64,000 bases of DNA, taken from assembly GCA_964016885.1 (NCBI GenBank), contig OZ024746.1:5580001-5644000 (forward strand). The letters are read 5' to 3'. The notes under the pieces are model-generated. The model worked only from the letters and a program-made list of their open reading frames with translations, did no database searches and was not told where the DNA came from. Positions 28,925 to 43,979 of this stretch are shown here, piece after piece. This DNA is from Eledone cirrhosa. Its lineage: Eukaryota. Each line of letters opens with the position of its first letter. Position 1 is the first letter of the stretch. The position numbers and the translations under genes are program-made.

Positions 28925-29300
28925 ACTAGTCGTCGAGACCTCAGGCGTCATCACATCCCCATACAGCCGAGATTTTCTGGAAAAATCAGAATGTCAGCTG
29001 CCCATCTGATGAAGGAGCTCCGCGAGGTGGGGTGGCTGTTGCAACGGGTATCGCTGGCCATGGTCCGCGGGAATGCAGCCGAAACACCACCCCGTCCTAG
29101 GCGTAGAGCACTTTCACCCTCTCTCCTTCCCCTCTTTCTTCCGTTACCTAATAGCCCTTGCCGTTTCCCTCCTTTACGTTTCATGTTTTGTATTTCTAGT
29201 CCTTTCTTTTACTTTCCTATACAGGTAAACATGCCCTTCTGTACCCCTTCCTCTTTTTTCATTATTGATATAATTAATCAGGAAAACTTAATAAATAATT
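28925..29300 (+). mobile_element. CRE-clade non-LTR retrotransposon 3' remnant
   Basis: VVETSGV ... ELREVGWLLQRVSLAMVRGNAA fits the CRE endonuclease C-terminal motif (ETxG...QRxSxAxxRGNA). Confidence 0.7.
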
Positions 29301-29941
29301 TAAATTTAAAAAATTCATAAATTAAAAAACAAGACCTCAAATGTATTTCTCACTTGGAAAACAAAGTGGGTATAACGTTCACTTCGTCAACATGGCGTTC
29401 CTCAGATACACAGACATGAAACAAAATGTCTCGCTAAGAATCCAATAGAAATATAATGTAACACAACAGCTGGTAAATAATTAGAGAAATATAAATTCCA
29501 ATTTATCAACATTAAAATAAATAAAACTAAATTAATGTTTTACAATTACATGATTACACAATTGAATTATATTTGTAGAAATTGCTTATAATACAAATTC
29601 AGAACAAACAGTGAATTATTACAGATGTGACATCATATTGTACACTAAATATAGAGACTATATCGAACGATATATGTCGACTTCGCACGTGATGAGAAAT
29701 TTCAGTACATCTTTTATATGGAAGAAATATTCTAAGTCTTCGGTAATTATCTCGAAAATGATGAATGGTATCATTTCCTTCAACTACATTTCAACTTGTC
29801 CGTGTTTCTTAGCGTACAATGTCGTCTTTCCCAGAATAGATATATAATTGTCTTATGTTTTGGACACTAGCCATTGTTGCTTTTTCCTTCTCCAATATAG
29901 CTTAGCTGATACTGGTTTACTCTAAGCTCGCCAGCACTTTC

Positions 29942-29994
<53 letters not shown>

Positions 29995-31259
29995 GTGTGA
30001 GTCTGTGTCTGTGTGTAAGTATATCTAGTCATCAACTTGATCAAAACCTAACTAGTTGTGTGTTCTTTATGTATAATATGACTTATTTAGTTTCTTTTTA
30101 CAAAATATCAATGTGATTGTATATATTTCTTTGATAATAGGCTATCAGTGACTCTTCTCTGATAATATTCTGATTCTATTATACAATTGGCTGCTTGACA
30201 GTATGGCTGAGGAAATCTTTGAACCAATCGATTCTTCATATATATTTTCTCCATGATTGTTGAACGCTTTCTTATTCCTCCATTAATAGTGAAAGTAAAT
30301 AATTTACTTCAATTACATGGGAACACATTTATTTGGTTTAGATGGTAACAGTTATCTAACACATACGACCAGACAGGCTATATATGAGGTATTATAGATA
30401 TTGTTCGATGTTAGGCAATGTGTTCCCGAAAAACGAATATCTTAGTTTCAATTATCAATTGCCACCGCATCAATTATATAGAAAATATAGAGGAAAAAAA
30501 TAAAACATGTAAGAGTTGGAGATCGCCGCGTGTTTTGTCTTTCTGGGCTGTGGTTAAGGACCTCTCACACTTTTTGTTGTGTCACGGTGACATGGGGTCG
30601 GATTTCAACTCAGAACATCTGACACTCTTGCATACTGTTAAGGGAATGATTATATTGTTATGGAAGTGGGGGGCATGTTTTCCTAATATTGCCAGAGAAA
30701 TATAGTAAAACACTGTTTGGTTTGGTTTTCGTGTCAGTATATCTTTATATTTCTATTAAAAATTTAACTGGTAATCAGTGTTTATCATTGATTGACTAAC
30801 AATTAAAAATATAAATACAAATATAGTTTCTCAAAGTTCATTCGTCACACATATCTGTGACATCCTCAGTGATTATCATGTTTCCATGTTTCCTCCCGTT
30901 GTGTTCCTATAATGTTTATTGAATAAGAGCAACAATGCGTCAGCGGACGGAAATGGTGTTTTATTTGTGTTATATATTTGTTTGTATAATTTTCATCCAT
31001 CTTTGCGATTGACGTAATTCTGCTATAAGAATCATCGTCCCCATTATCTTTGAAAGAATGAGAGTGATTTTCAATCTATTGTTTTAAATATGATCCAACC
31101 CCCTTTTCATGACGACGATAGGAAACAATGCAAAGCTTATACTTTGATACCCATCTGCAAATGTACATGAGATTTTATTCGAATAAAAGGTTCACTTTCC
31201 GATAACAAGTCCTCACTTCTAACCCTATAGTTGTTCCTGTAAGTGGTTATTTCTCAAAC

Positions 31260-31705
31260 ATTCAGACTCAGACTCAGAAGCTCCCGCGTCTTGCGACGCA
31301 TGAGGCAATCATAGTGTTCCATCGCGTTCGGTCAGCAGCCAGTTGCACAGCGTACCGCCATTGTCTGTTTGTCGCTCGCAGGTCCCTCTCAACTGTCTGG
31401 CGCCAGTTCATTTTGGGTTGACCTCTCCGTCTGCTTCCCTGCGGGCTCCATTTAAGTACTTGGTTCGCCAGTCTCTCCGGGGGAAGTCTCAAAGCGTGTC
31501 CAAACCAGCCCAGGCGTCGCTTGCAGATGGCAGAAGAGACTAGCTGCTGGTTGGTGCGGTTCCTGACTTCCTGGTTTGTTACATGGTCACTCCATTTAAC
31601 CCGCACGATCTTTCGCAGACATCTGGAATCGAATGTGTCCAACTTCTTCTCGTGGCTGGTCTTAAGGTGCCATGTTTCACTTCCGTACAAGAGTGTGAAC
31701 AGCAC
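31260..31705 (-). mobile_element. RTE-clade LINE 3' end (ORF2 C-terminus)
   Basis: LLYGSETW...FDSRCLRKI...W.DHVTNQEV...RRLGWFGHALR...GSRRRGQPKMNW...DRTRW, stop codon, then a short TGAGTC repeat tail. Confidence 0.92.
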
Positions 31706-32024
31706 TCAAACGTTACTTACACATTTAATAGTGCAGGTCATTTACACTAATATGCTGCGTATTTGTGTAAATTGTATCCTAAATATATATTATTAAAATA
31801 ATCATAAATTATAGGCTTCCTCCTATGCACAAATTACCTATTTTGTACGATTGTTAATATATCCTTGTACATATGGCATACACATTTTATATAGTATAAA
31901 CATCCTATACGGTATAAACATCCTATATGGCATACACATTCTATACGGTATTGTATATATTTATTCGCAGCAAGCTGCTCGTATATATGTAAGTGAATTT
32001 GTGTGTGTGTGTAGAATATATATA

Positions 32025-32230
32025 TGAGAAAAACCACAGACCCTCCATCTCAACTCTACTTGTGAAAAGCAGAAGAACTGCGAAACCGGTAAAGGAACCA
32101 AATAAATATATATATTTTTTATATATAAGACTCCAGTTGCATTTTCGATTTCATCTTTTTTCCTTATATTTTCACTCGTGTAGGACACCTCCGTTATTTT
32201 TCATTTTGTAAAAAAACCTCACTTTCTAAT
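32025..32230 (+). mobile_element. Family C element with hammerhead-like fold
   Basis: CTT-GTGAAAA-GCAG aagaa CTGC-GAAAC cg GTA-AAG (32059-32094), then AATAAA. TA-flanked; second copy at 34.9 kb. Confidence 0.65.
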
Positions 32231-32265
32231 ATATATATATTAATATATATATATATATATATATA

Positions 32266-32335
<70 letters not shown>

Positions 32336-32674
32336 CATAACTGAATGGAATATTAAAAGCACACGAATAGCGTGTATATTTTTATGTGTATGCGTAAGTG
32401 TATATAATTTTAATACTATATATACTTACATTAATTTTTTTATTCTTCCTTATTGTATTCTACACATAAATATATACACAAAATGTATACTCGTAGATTG
32501 TAATGTGTATATATACACACACACACAGCATTATGTCAGTTTTATGAAATCGTATTTGTGGTGTGGACTAATAAAATATGATTCATGCATTTTATGAAAT
32601 CTAGGTTCACATGTTACTTTACAAAAATTTCTATCGCAAGATAGACATACAAGACACTCCCCTCCCCCACACAC

Positions 32675-32739
<65 letters not shown>

Positions 32740-33276
32740 TGTGTATATAAATTTACACTGCGCAATTGAGTATTGTGTTTATCGCATGTTGTACAACTGT
32801 ATTATACCATGGATTCAATGATTTATTTCGATACCCATATATATATATATATATATGGGTATATACATATATATATATATATATATAGGCAAAGTACAAA
32901 ACAAAAACAATAACAAGTAGTGCAGTATATGGAACAAAATACTCAATTGTACAATGTATATTTATACGTTTACACATAAGTTTATACATACATGCAAAAG
33001 CAAACACACATACACACACACATGCATATACACTCACTCACGTGCATACACTTATATATTTTACTGTTAGATAAACCTATGCAATAAAAAAACGTGTAAG
33101 AATTGTATATGACTAGAAAAGAGATATTTGTTTGAAATGGATTTATTTATATAGATTCTAGGCTAATATAATGTAAAACAAGTGGCATTTCACACAATTC
33201 CAACATGCTGTAAACTGCCTCTATAAAAATAACGCAGGGAAGATTCCGGATATATTTATTAAATAGTGTAACTGGG

Positions 33277-34787
<1,511 letters not shown>

Positions 34788-34899
34788 TCTACCTGGATTT
34801 GCGACCGATAGATATTATTAGCAATTGGAAAGACCAACGGAAACATTGTTCCCTCGGTCCGATTTGACGAAAGTCGATCGTCTTTTCTATATATATATA

Positions 34900-35102
34900 T
34901 ATGATGCGAGAAAAACCATAAACCCTCCATCTCAATTCTACTTTTGAAAAGCATAAGAACTGTGAAACCGGTAAAGGAAACAAATAAATATTCTTAAAAA
35001 GACTCCAGTTGTATTTTCGATTTCATCTTTTTTCCTTATACTTTCACTCGTGTAGGACATCTCGTTTTTATTCATTTTGAAAAAAAAACTCATTTTCTTA
35101 TA
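34900..35102 (+). mobile_element. Family C element (second copy)
   Basis: Collinear with 32025-32230; TTGAAAA-GCAT aagaa CTGT-GAAACCGGTA-AAG. Confidence 0.7.
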
Positions 35103-35137
35103 TATATATACGCTCAACAAACGTAATATTACACAAA

Positions 35138-35293
35138 CATGCTTTGACGTATAGAGTTACGGCCCTTGCTATTCTGAGTTCAAATCCCGCCGAGGTTAAC
35201 TTTGCCTTTCATCCTTACGGGGTCGATAAAATAAAGTACCAGTAATGTACTGGTTAATTGCTGGCCTTCTGCCATAAGTAGAAATAATTATTA
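35138..35293 (+). mobile_element. 5'-truncated Meta-domain SINE
   Basis: Matches the window consensus. Confidence 0.9.
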
Positions 35294-36039
35294 TAACTAC
35301 TATATATGTGAGAGTGTTTGTGTGCATGTATATTTGTAGGTATGTCAGCAAAAGGCTCCAAAACATTGCGTCCTAGAGGAAAAAACAGAATTTATTTTGG
35401 AAATCTACGTCCCAAGAAGATTTGTATCCACATCGTGTTTCTTTATTCCTAAAAAATAAAATAGAAAATAGTAATACTATCAATCACTGTTGCTGTGACA
35501 ATTGAAGTAGTCCGACTTTTATTGATCGTCTCCTGTATTCCTTCAACATAACCTTATTATACCGTCATCCATGTCATCAGCATGGAGCACTGTTTGTGCT
35601 ATGAGACTGAGAGTTATCCTCACAGAGGTCATCCAATATTTACATGGAGATGCTCAGGTTAAAGTAAATAACACTGACACCACTTCAACATACACCTCTC
35701 TGGATAAATATCCATAGAAACTACCTTAGGGATGACTGAATATTCACTGGGAAGGGCTACGAGGAAGGGCCACGGGGAATATGTAACAGGAGATAGACTG
35801 ACATGGAATTAAAAAAATGAAAGAAAAAGCATTCTATGGTGTAAATTACGTAGTCCTAAGTTTCAACGCCATGTAAATTTGCGTGTGCCTCATATATTGA
35901 TAAGAATTGCCTCTTTGATTCTTAAATGTCCTATGCTTCTGTGGTTTCCATTGTCACGTTGATATTTTGCACGTGGTATATCTGTGTTGCTTTTTTTGTT
36001 TTAACACAAGAAGCATTTTTTATTACAATATGATAGTTT

Positions 36040-36330
36040 TAGGTACCGGTTGCTTTCCGACAGGTTCGCGGTCGTGCCCTTGGCTGTGGAGACTTCTGGT
36101 GTCCTTGGCCCTAGGGCTACCTCCCTATTCACCACCATAGGCGCTGAGCTGGCCAGACGCAGGTGTGAGCCTCGCAAGTTGGAATGGCTATTTCAGCGGA
36201 TCACCCTTACCATCCTCCAGGGATACGCCTTCTCCATCCTGTCCGCTGGGGCAGTGTGTGTGTGAGTGTGGGCAGCACGCGGGACCCCATTTGTTTACCA
36301 TAAGGATTAATAGGCAAACTTATAAACTAC
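36040..36330 (+). mobile_element. CRE-clade non-LTR retrotransposon 3' remnant
   Basis: FAVVPLAVETSGVLGP...WLFQRITLTILQGYAFSIL. Confidence 0.75.
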
Positions 36331-37168
36331 TGTTTATTATTTGAACATATTATTGTCCTTATAGAAGTTTTAGGGAGCTCTCTTATTGCAGTGAGATAGG
36401 TTTAGGTAGCACATGCTATTCCTGGATTTGTGAGCATTCCTTGGTGTTGTATTGACATCGCAGTATTTGGTGAAAGATGCTGTGTAGCCGTTATCTCATC
36501 TGAACCTTTGAAACTGTTCAGTATTGGGGCTTATATCCGTGAGCTTACTCAGGAAAACGACATTTATTTGCATCTTATACGAGGACTAAGACTAAATACA
36601 TAAAACTAATAGTCAGTTCATATCTGAAGTGGAGATACGAAAGAACATTGTTTATTATTGTGCACAATTCTGCGTAGATAAAAGAACTTATCTGATACAC
36701 AGATGAATGGAATGTAGGAAAATATGTACTACTAGATAATTTCACATGTTCACGATATAAAGATACGCTTATTATTCTTCTGCCTAGATTTCATTCTTCG
36801 TAACCTGTCTATGTTTGCATGAAGTAAAAACCCACATTGTTGAATGTGAGATCAATATAGGTATAAAGCTATGCAGTAGAATATGCTCTATTCTGCGTTC
36901 CAACAGCACTGATGCATATTGGCAGCTGTCATCGTTTACATTGATTAAAGAGACATGGACCAATTCTTAGCGTCAGTAAGAGATTTGCGTTCCAATCAGT
37001 TTAGATTAAATAAAAGGAATAAACAGTAGGAAATGGAATGCAGTGCAAAGTGATGCAAAGTAAAAATAAATCTGCGATGTAATTGGCCGTTACAAATATC
37101 TGTAGATATCTAGCAATACGATTTACATTGTAATTCTCCATTTATACATTTATATCTAAACTACCTAT

Positions 37169-37205
<37 letters not shown>

Positions 37206-37207
<2 letters not shown>

Positions 37208-37412
37208 ACAAAGGAATTGTGGTAAGGAACCAGGTGGACCATAACGCACCAGAGTAATCAATACTTAGGGTAGTAGAGTGGGAAATAGGAAAAGGTATGA
37301 CCCCGACGGCAGAGCTCAGGCCGTTTCGATGGCTATTTCTGGACAAAATAGCAGTACAGAAATAGCCGTCGAAATGGCTTGAGCTCTGCCGTCGGGGTCA
37401 TACCTTTTCCTA
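37206..37412 (-). mobile_element. Family A element with ~55-bp inverted arms
   Basis: Homologous to 22289-22485; both arms share copy-specific substitutions. Confidence 0.8.
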
Positions 37413-37434
37413 CACACACATATATATATATATA

Positions 37435-37712
37435 TAGTAATAATAATAAATTTGAAGACTAAAATCCAAAGAGGGCTCGATAAGGATAAATATATATCAA
37501 ATATATAAGAACCATAGAGCAAATATTTATTAAAATAACAGATTAAAGTTTAAGCAAAGAATCGCTGCTTTCACCGTTAACGGGATCTTCTGAAACTAAC
37601 AAAGTCAATCTGTAAACGCAGAAGTGGATATTTCAAAAAACGTTGCAACCGGAGGAAGACAGGAAGACGATACTTTGGTTCGTGGAAAAGTTCCCTGGCA
37701 AAGAACGGGAAT
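37435..37712 (-). mobile_element. Family B element
   Basis: Reverse complement of 60855-61135. Confidence 0.8.
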
Positions 37713-38241
37713 GTATATATAAATGGAAAAAAGGAAATTTCATTTCTCACTCTTAGTACGGCTGCTACTTAAATATAAGTATGTACACGTACATAAATAT
37801 ATGTATACAGACGTACAGTAGTATGTATATACATACATACATGCACACATATGTACGTATGGGTTTACCGAACATTTATTATAATGCCCGGTTTGTTTGT
37901 AAACAAACAGCCCGAATTATTAGCCGTACAGTGTTCGGAAACCATCGTTGTCATTTTGTTTAACACTGACAAAGGAACGATGAACTAGTTTCTAGCTTAT
38001 TAGCTATCATCAGCACCGTATACCTTCCTGTCAGTTGATTGAACGTTTGAAAGTATATACTTTCCTTATGCATATTAATGGCTGAACTATCAGGCTAAAA
38101 TTTCTTTAGTAAAAAAATACGGTGAAAGTTTCTATTTTCTAATTTCAAACTTGCTCGCTGTTTCAAAACATACTTACCTGATAAAATAAAGTACCAGTAA
38201 TGTACTGGGTATTTGATGGCGTTGTGCCAAATGTAGAAACA

Positions 38242-38321
<80 letters not shown>

Positions 38322-38468
38322 GTAAAAATACTGGAGCGTGTTGGAGTTAAACACCCTCTTCGTATTATAGAAATGACAGTAAAAAGTATAGCTCAATGTA
38401 GTTAAACAGAGCCGAAAAATTAAGAGAGTAAAACAAAGAAGCCTTCAATACATCAAAAGTCTTTATTA

Positions 38469-38506
38469 GCCGACAATGTTTCGTCCTATTAAGGACTCAT
38501 CAGGGC
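38469..38506 (-). ncRNA. Minimal type I hammerhead ribozyme
   Basis: GCC-CTGATGA-GTCCT taat AGGAC-GAAAC att GTC^GGC followed by TAATAAA; fully canonical core. Confidence 0.85.
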
Positions 38507-40351
38507 AATTAAAACAACAAGAAGTAATATCGGCAGATACAAGCCGGAAGCTCCGAAGAATATGGAGTGTACATACACTAAAGTATTGCAAAAATATATA
38601 ATAAAAATAATAAAAATATATAATAAAAATTACTAAGGATGTATATAACATTAAGAACCATATTACAAATATAGTCCAAAGCAAAAAAACCTAGAGCTAA
38701 ACAAAGGTGGTTATATAGAGCAGGAATTATATATAATACAATGTAATATAATATAATATAATATAATATACCTTTACCAACATTAAAATTACAATAAAAA
38801 TCAAAAGGTACAATATGCATATGTATATATGTGCGCACACGTACACACACATACACATACAACAATACACACATCCATCTTCAACTGCACAAATTAAACC
38901 TTATTAAGAGTTTGAATATAAAAATAAGCATGATAGGAATGAAAATAATAATAATAATAATACCAATACATCTACCCAATATACATGAGGTAATAATATG
39001 ATATAATTATAAGTAGCACATATAATAAATAATAAATAATACAATTATATACTATATAATACAATATAATAGAATAGATAATCTCCGGTTAATTTACACA
39101 AACAATATAGATGTCACAATAATAATATAATAATAATATATTCATATATTAACATTTACAATATACAATATACTAACATTTATAATAAACAATATACAGG
39201 TGCTCAAGTTAACAAATCAATTCATACTGGGTTACAGAGTAGGTGAGGAAAAATAGATTGTACAATACCCCCAAAAAATGTTGATGGTACAAGAGTACAA
39301 ACATCTTACATGATATATAAAGTTTAACATATCATAATGTTACATATAGTTAACGGTAAGTAATAAGGATCAATATTACAATAAAAAATACAATATAATA
39401 TAATATATTATATAAAATAAATTAACACAATATAATATATAATTACTTATAATTACAAGGTTGGTAGACAGACATGTATATGGATGAGTGAGTAAGTGCC
39501 AGACAGTAAATATAATGCACAGTAGTATTACAAATAAAATATAAAATATAAAATATAGAATAAAATAAATAAATAGAATCAACCGGAAATTAAAAAACAA
39601 AAACAAACGTATACATTTAGGTCTCACATGCAGTTAAGTAGTTAAGCAAAAACTAAGGAAACAACCCCTGTAAATGACTCGAAAACCCTATTTGATAAAT
39701 TAATATAAAAAATATTTAAACTATCCAATAAGGCAGTATAATATAAGCTATAGTTTAAGTCATTAAAGTTTATAAACGTTAATATTTCGTTACAAATGTT
39801 TACAAAAAGGAATGAAATTTGTTTACTATCATATACATAATGATATCTAAAAAACTGACTTAAGCAGAATTAAGGTAGGCTAATAGGGACAGAAATGAAG
39901 AAATGTATGGAGGATGCAAAGAGGCATAAAATATAGTCGATATACTATATTACATAATAGAAAGGAGCATAGTCAATTTGGAGGGGTTGACAATAAGTTT
40001 ATGTGCGCATGGGGGGGGGGGGTTCAAAAGAAGAATCCGAATAAAAATAAAAATAAAAATAAGAATAAAATAAAATAAATAGCGTAAAATATATAATCTT
40101 ATATACATTCATAAGGTGTAATAGTGAAAATTTAATGCGTAAGAAGATAGATATGGTACAGTAGCCAAAAGATTATGAGAGCTAGAATAAAGAGTCATCA
40201 AAAACCAATGATAATAATGATGATAATAATAATGTTGGCAAACAAAAGAACCTAAACTAAAAAATAAATAATGGAATATATCAGCTAATGGGTACAATTT
40301 GTACTACTAGAACGTTTAGGTTTATAATAAAAGTATGAATTAGAAATAGCG

Positions 40352-40474
40352 TGGGGGGCAAGAAGAGAATATTTCAGACTTTCTATTAAGTAAAGATGCG
40401 CTAGAGAAGATTATAGAGTGTGTCTCGAGGATACAGAGATTACAAAACTTAGTATGTGTAGAAAGGTGGTTAGA
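40352..40474 (-). pseudogene. Penelope/Naiad-like endonuclease C-terminal remnant
   Basis: SNHLSTHTKFCNLCILETHSIIFSSASLLNRKSEIFSSCP resembles the CxLCxxEKxxI...LLNxRxE...CxH motif. Confidence 0.7.
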
Positions 40475-40524
40475 GCGGCTAATAAAGACTTTTGATGTAT
40501 TGAAGGCTTCTTTGTTTTACTCTC

Positions 40525-40595
<71 letters not shown>

Positions 40596-40597
<2 letters not shown>

Positions 40598-40830
40598 AGT
40601 TGAATAAATGAACAGAGAACAAAAAACAGAGAGGCAGTACAAATGATATGGTTTTTAGTTTCACGCTTGAGAGTGGGGGGTGGGGGATGACGTTTTGGGC
40701 ATAAGCCCTTCACCAGGAGAACAGTGGGAGGGTGTGTGGGGGAGTGGTGGAAAGACATTTAAAAAAGAGGGGGGAATACAATTTTTAAAGAGTAAAGGGA
40801 ATTTTTTAAAAGTACAAATAAAAATTAAAA
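40596..40830 (-). mobile_element. Family D element with decayed hammerhead
   Basis: Minus strand CTGGTGA-A-GGGC ttat GCCC-AAAACGTC (40688-40716), homologous to 2700-2905. Confidence 0.65.
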
Positions 40831-41738
40831 AATATATATATATCTTTAACTGTATTTCCTACTTATATAAGATTTGATCTGCGTCGAAAGAATTCTATAA
40901 ATATAAAATATCTTTCCATACACGCTCTCAACATATATATTCAGTGATGAATAGATTCCATCAAGATTCACAACGCTTTATGGATATAAGTGCTTTTACA
41001 ATTCATACAATATTATATATAACATAGAATATATAATTATAATTGCGTAAAATAACTGATAGATATTTTATTTTGAAAATAAGTACAATTTGTTTAAAAA
41101 AATATAGCAATGAAAAAATAAATCATATCATTTCAGATGATATTTTCTAGTTCAGCATGTTATTATTATTTCTTAAAGTAATGTGTAAGACTGCCAAGAA
41201 ACACATACCTGGTGGTAGGAGTGGCACGGAAAGTGTTTTCAATTCGAAAGAAGTGCAGTTGGTAAAGAAGCACATTGTTGGCAACATGTCCATCAAGGCC
41301 GATTCTATTATCACTTAACTCAGCGATAATAAGAAAACAGGCTGTTGCGACATCTATTTGGTTGTTGTAAGTAGTTATTCAAGGGAATATTGCCAGCCAT
41401 GGTCCAAAGCTCAATCAATTTCAACTTACTGAAAAGAAATATAGAAATACTGACTTTGCATTCGACACTACTTTTGTAGATTGAGATATTTAACAAGTAT
41501 GTAAACATTAAATAAAATCCAATTATATAGATATGTCATTATCAGAGGTTCTGGGGTGTAGAGAAATTTAAATACTTCTTCAGCTATAATTTGGCAAATA
41601 TAGATAACGAAAGAACACAGGTTCTCAATCAGAGATTTTAAAATATATTTTCTATCAGTCGCTTAATCAAAATACGTAAAAGTTTTACTAAATTCTATGC
41701 TGTTTGATTGTATGAAATAACAAGTCATTATATTGAGG

Positions 41739-41985
41739 ATCCTTACGGTGTCGATAAAATAAAGTACGAGTAATACACTGGGTATTTGCTGGCCTTGTGC
41801 CAAAAATAGAAACAATTATGTAGAGGATCGGACGCCATGCTTTTCAGCACAGTTACGTCCCTTTACGGTCTGAGTTCAAATCCCGCCGAGGTTAACTTTG
41901 CCTTTTATCCTTACGGGGTCGATAAAATAAAGTACCAGTAATGTACTGGGTAATTGCTGGCCTTGTGCCAAAAGTAGAATCAATG
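41739..41985 (+). mobile_element. Meta-domain SINE 3' fragment plus tandem near-full copy
   Basis: Two consecutive matches to the consensus. Confidence 0.9.
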
Positions 41986-43014
41986 ATATTTCCCTTTGTT
42001 TCTCACTATTGTGATTACATTTCCATTACCCAGCCACAAGTATGTCATAAGATTAGAAGTAATACAATGAATATGATCCACTATATTCATACACAGCCAC
42101 ACACTCACACATAGACACAAACAAAAGCACGCAAGTGCACACACACACACATACACACACGCACATATATATAAATATGTGTGTGTATGTGTGTGTTTAT
42201 CTGTATGTGTTTGTATGTGTGTATGAATAACCCCACAAGATGATTTATCCCTTCCGAGTTCACCACTTAATCCCTCCAGTTTTATCGCACTTCATTTAAT
42301 CCATTCAAGTCCGTCTTTCACCTTTGTACTGGCACAATTGGTTTATTTTGGATTGAAAATATATTTCTCATCAATAAAACTTGCTGGTAAACATCACTAT
42401 AGATTCGTCACAACAGAATAACCTCAACCTCTTCCCCTTCTCTTCCCCATTCCCCCTGATACATTATCGGACCCCGTCAACTATGCAGTATTTGAAAAAA
42501 AGAGAGAAAAATTGTTTGCAATGTAAAGATATATTAAAGAATAATGAGTTAATGGAATGGCTAAGAAATGTAAATAATGTCCAGTCTCTATAAATAAACA
42601 ACCTGTCAACTATGGAATTTATTTCATTCCACTGGTCTGGAATAACGAATTGAGATCAATGTAACAATTGTCAGCACTCTAACGTGTCCCAATAGCTGCT
42701 GGCAAGTGCCAATGGGCCATTTCCTGTTACATCAATTTTCAATTTAATGCATATTACACTTGTCGTTAGATTTCTTATTTCGATACTCCTGGCTCAAATA
42801 AATACAGCCTTCGATAACAGAACAAACAATGGATGCATTCAGTCTATATTTACTGGATGGCGAGGAAGAAAAGAAGAAAAAACATACGCCCTCAATGTTG
42901 CTTCCCGTTTCTTGTCGATTTTTACTAAATTTCACTGTATTTATTCCTCCTCATATATTTTATTGCAACAAAGAGTTCGCAGTTTTTTAGTAATTATCTA
43001 GCGCTCTCATATGT

Positions 43015-43205
<191 letters not shown>

Positions 43206-43677
43206 ATAAATATAAATTCAGCGAGAATCGCATTTCGGCGGGTAGAAAAAGCGAAACGAAACGCAAAATCAGAGTTATGCTGGCAAGCGCTCCATAGTTA
43301 AACATCCAGAGCTAAACAATATGTTAGAACGCCATACAAACTGAAAAAGTGGTCAAGAAGGCATTAACCACTTAAGCCAAAGAAGAAATCAAGCTAAACA
43401 GGTCAAACAAAATAAATGATAAAAACAGACCTGGATCCATTGGAAATGATGGTATAATCCAAATGCAGGGTTTCTATGACACCTAAATCAATAATACTGT
43501 CTGCTTAAAACTATAAGCTTTTGTTATAATGATCGAACAAAGAATGTTACGTTATCAACCGGTATTTTGCTCTGCACCAACTTTGTGAATGACGTAGAGC
43601 TTTGTAAAAGCACATGTGTAATTCACAAGGGGAAAACCCCAGATTTTGGCAAATGAATTCAGTATCTGTATATCATG

Positions 43678-43737
<60 letters not shown>

Positions 43738-43899
43738 TTGAAATTGCAAAACGTACTCAATACATAAATACGTTATTACCGAAATATATGTGGGTTATAT
43801 CAGACCTTAATTACAGTGAAGTTTCACATTAAGGTCTTTATTGATGATGTACAGTTATATATATACATACATATATACATTATTAGTATATATACATAT

Positions 43900-43979
<80 letters not shown>

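Larger units (their letters stand above)
38319..40529 (-). mobile_element. 5'-truncated Penelope-like (Naiad-type) element with 3' hammerhead and inverted terminal arm, inserted in (TA)n
   Basis: C-terminal coding remnant at 40352-40474, long AT-rich 3' UTR, HHR at 38469-38506, and a 53-bp inverted copy at 40477-40529. TA arrays lie on both flanks. Confidence 0.8.

Noticed and set aside
29006-29030. CTGATGA motifs here and at about 24875 and 28522
   Set aside because: No downstream GAAA/stem III; the 29.0 kb one lies in a CRE coding remnant.
32755-32960. Short degenerate inverted pair CAATTGAGTATT / AATACTCAATTG around a TA tract
   Set aside because: Only about 20 bp of similarity; it may be a tail-motif relic but cannot be supported.
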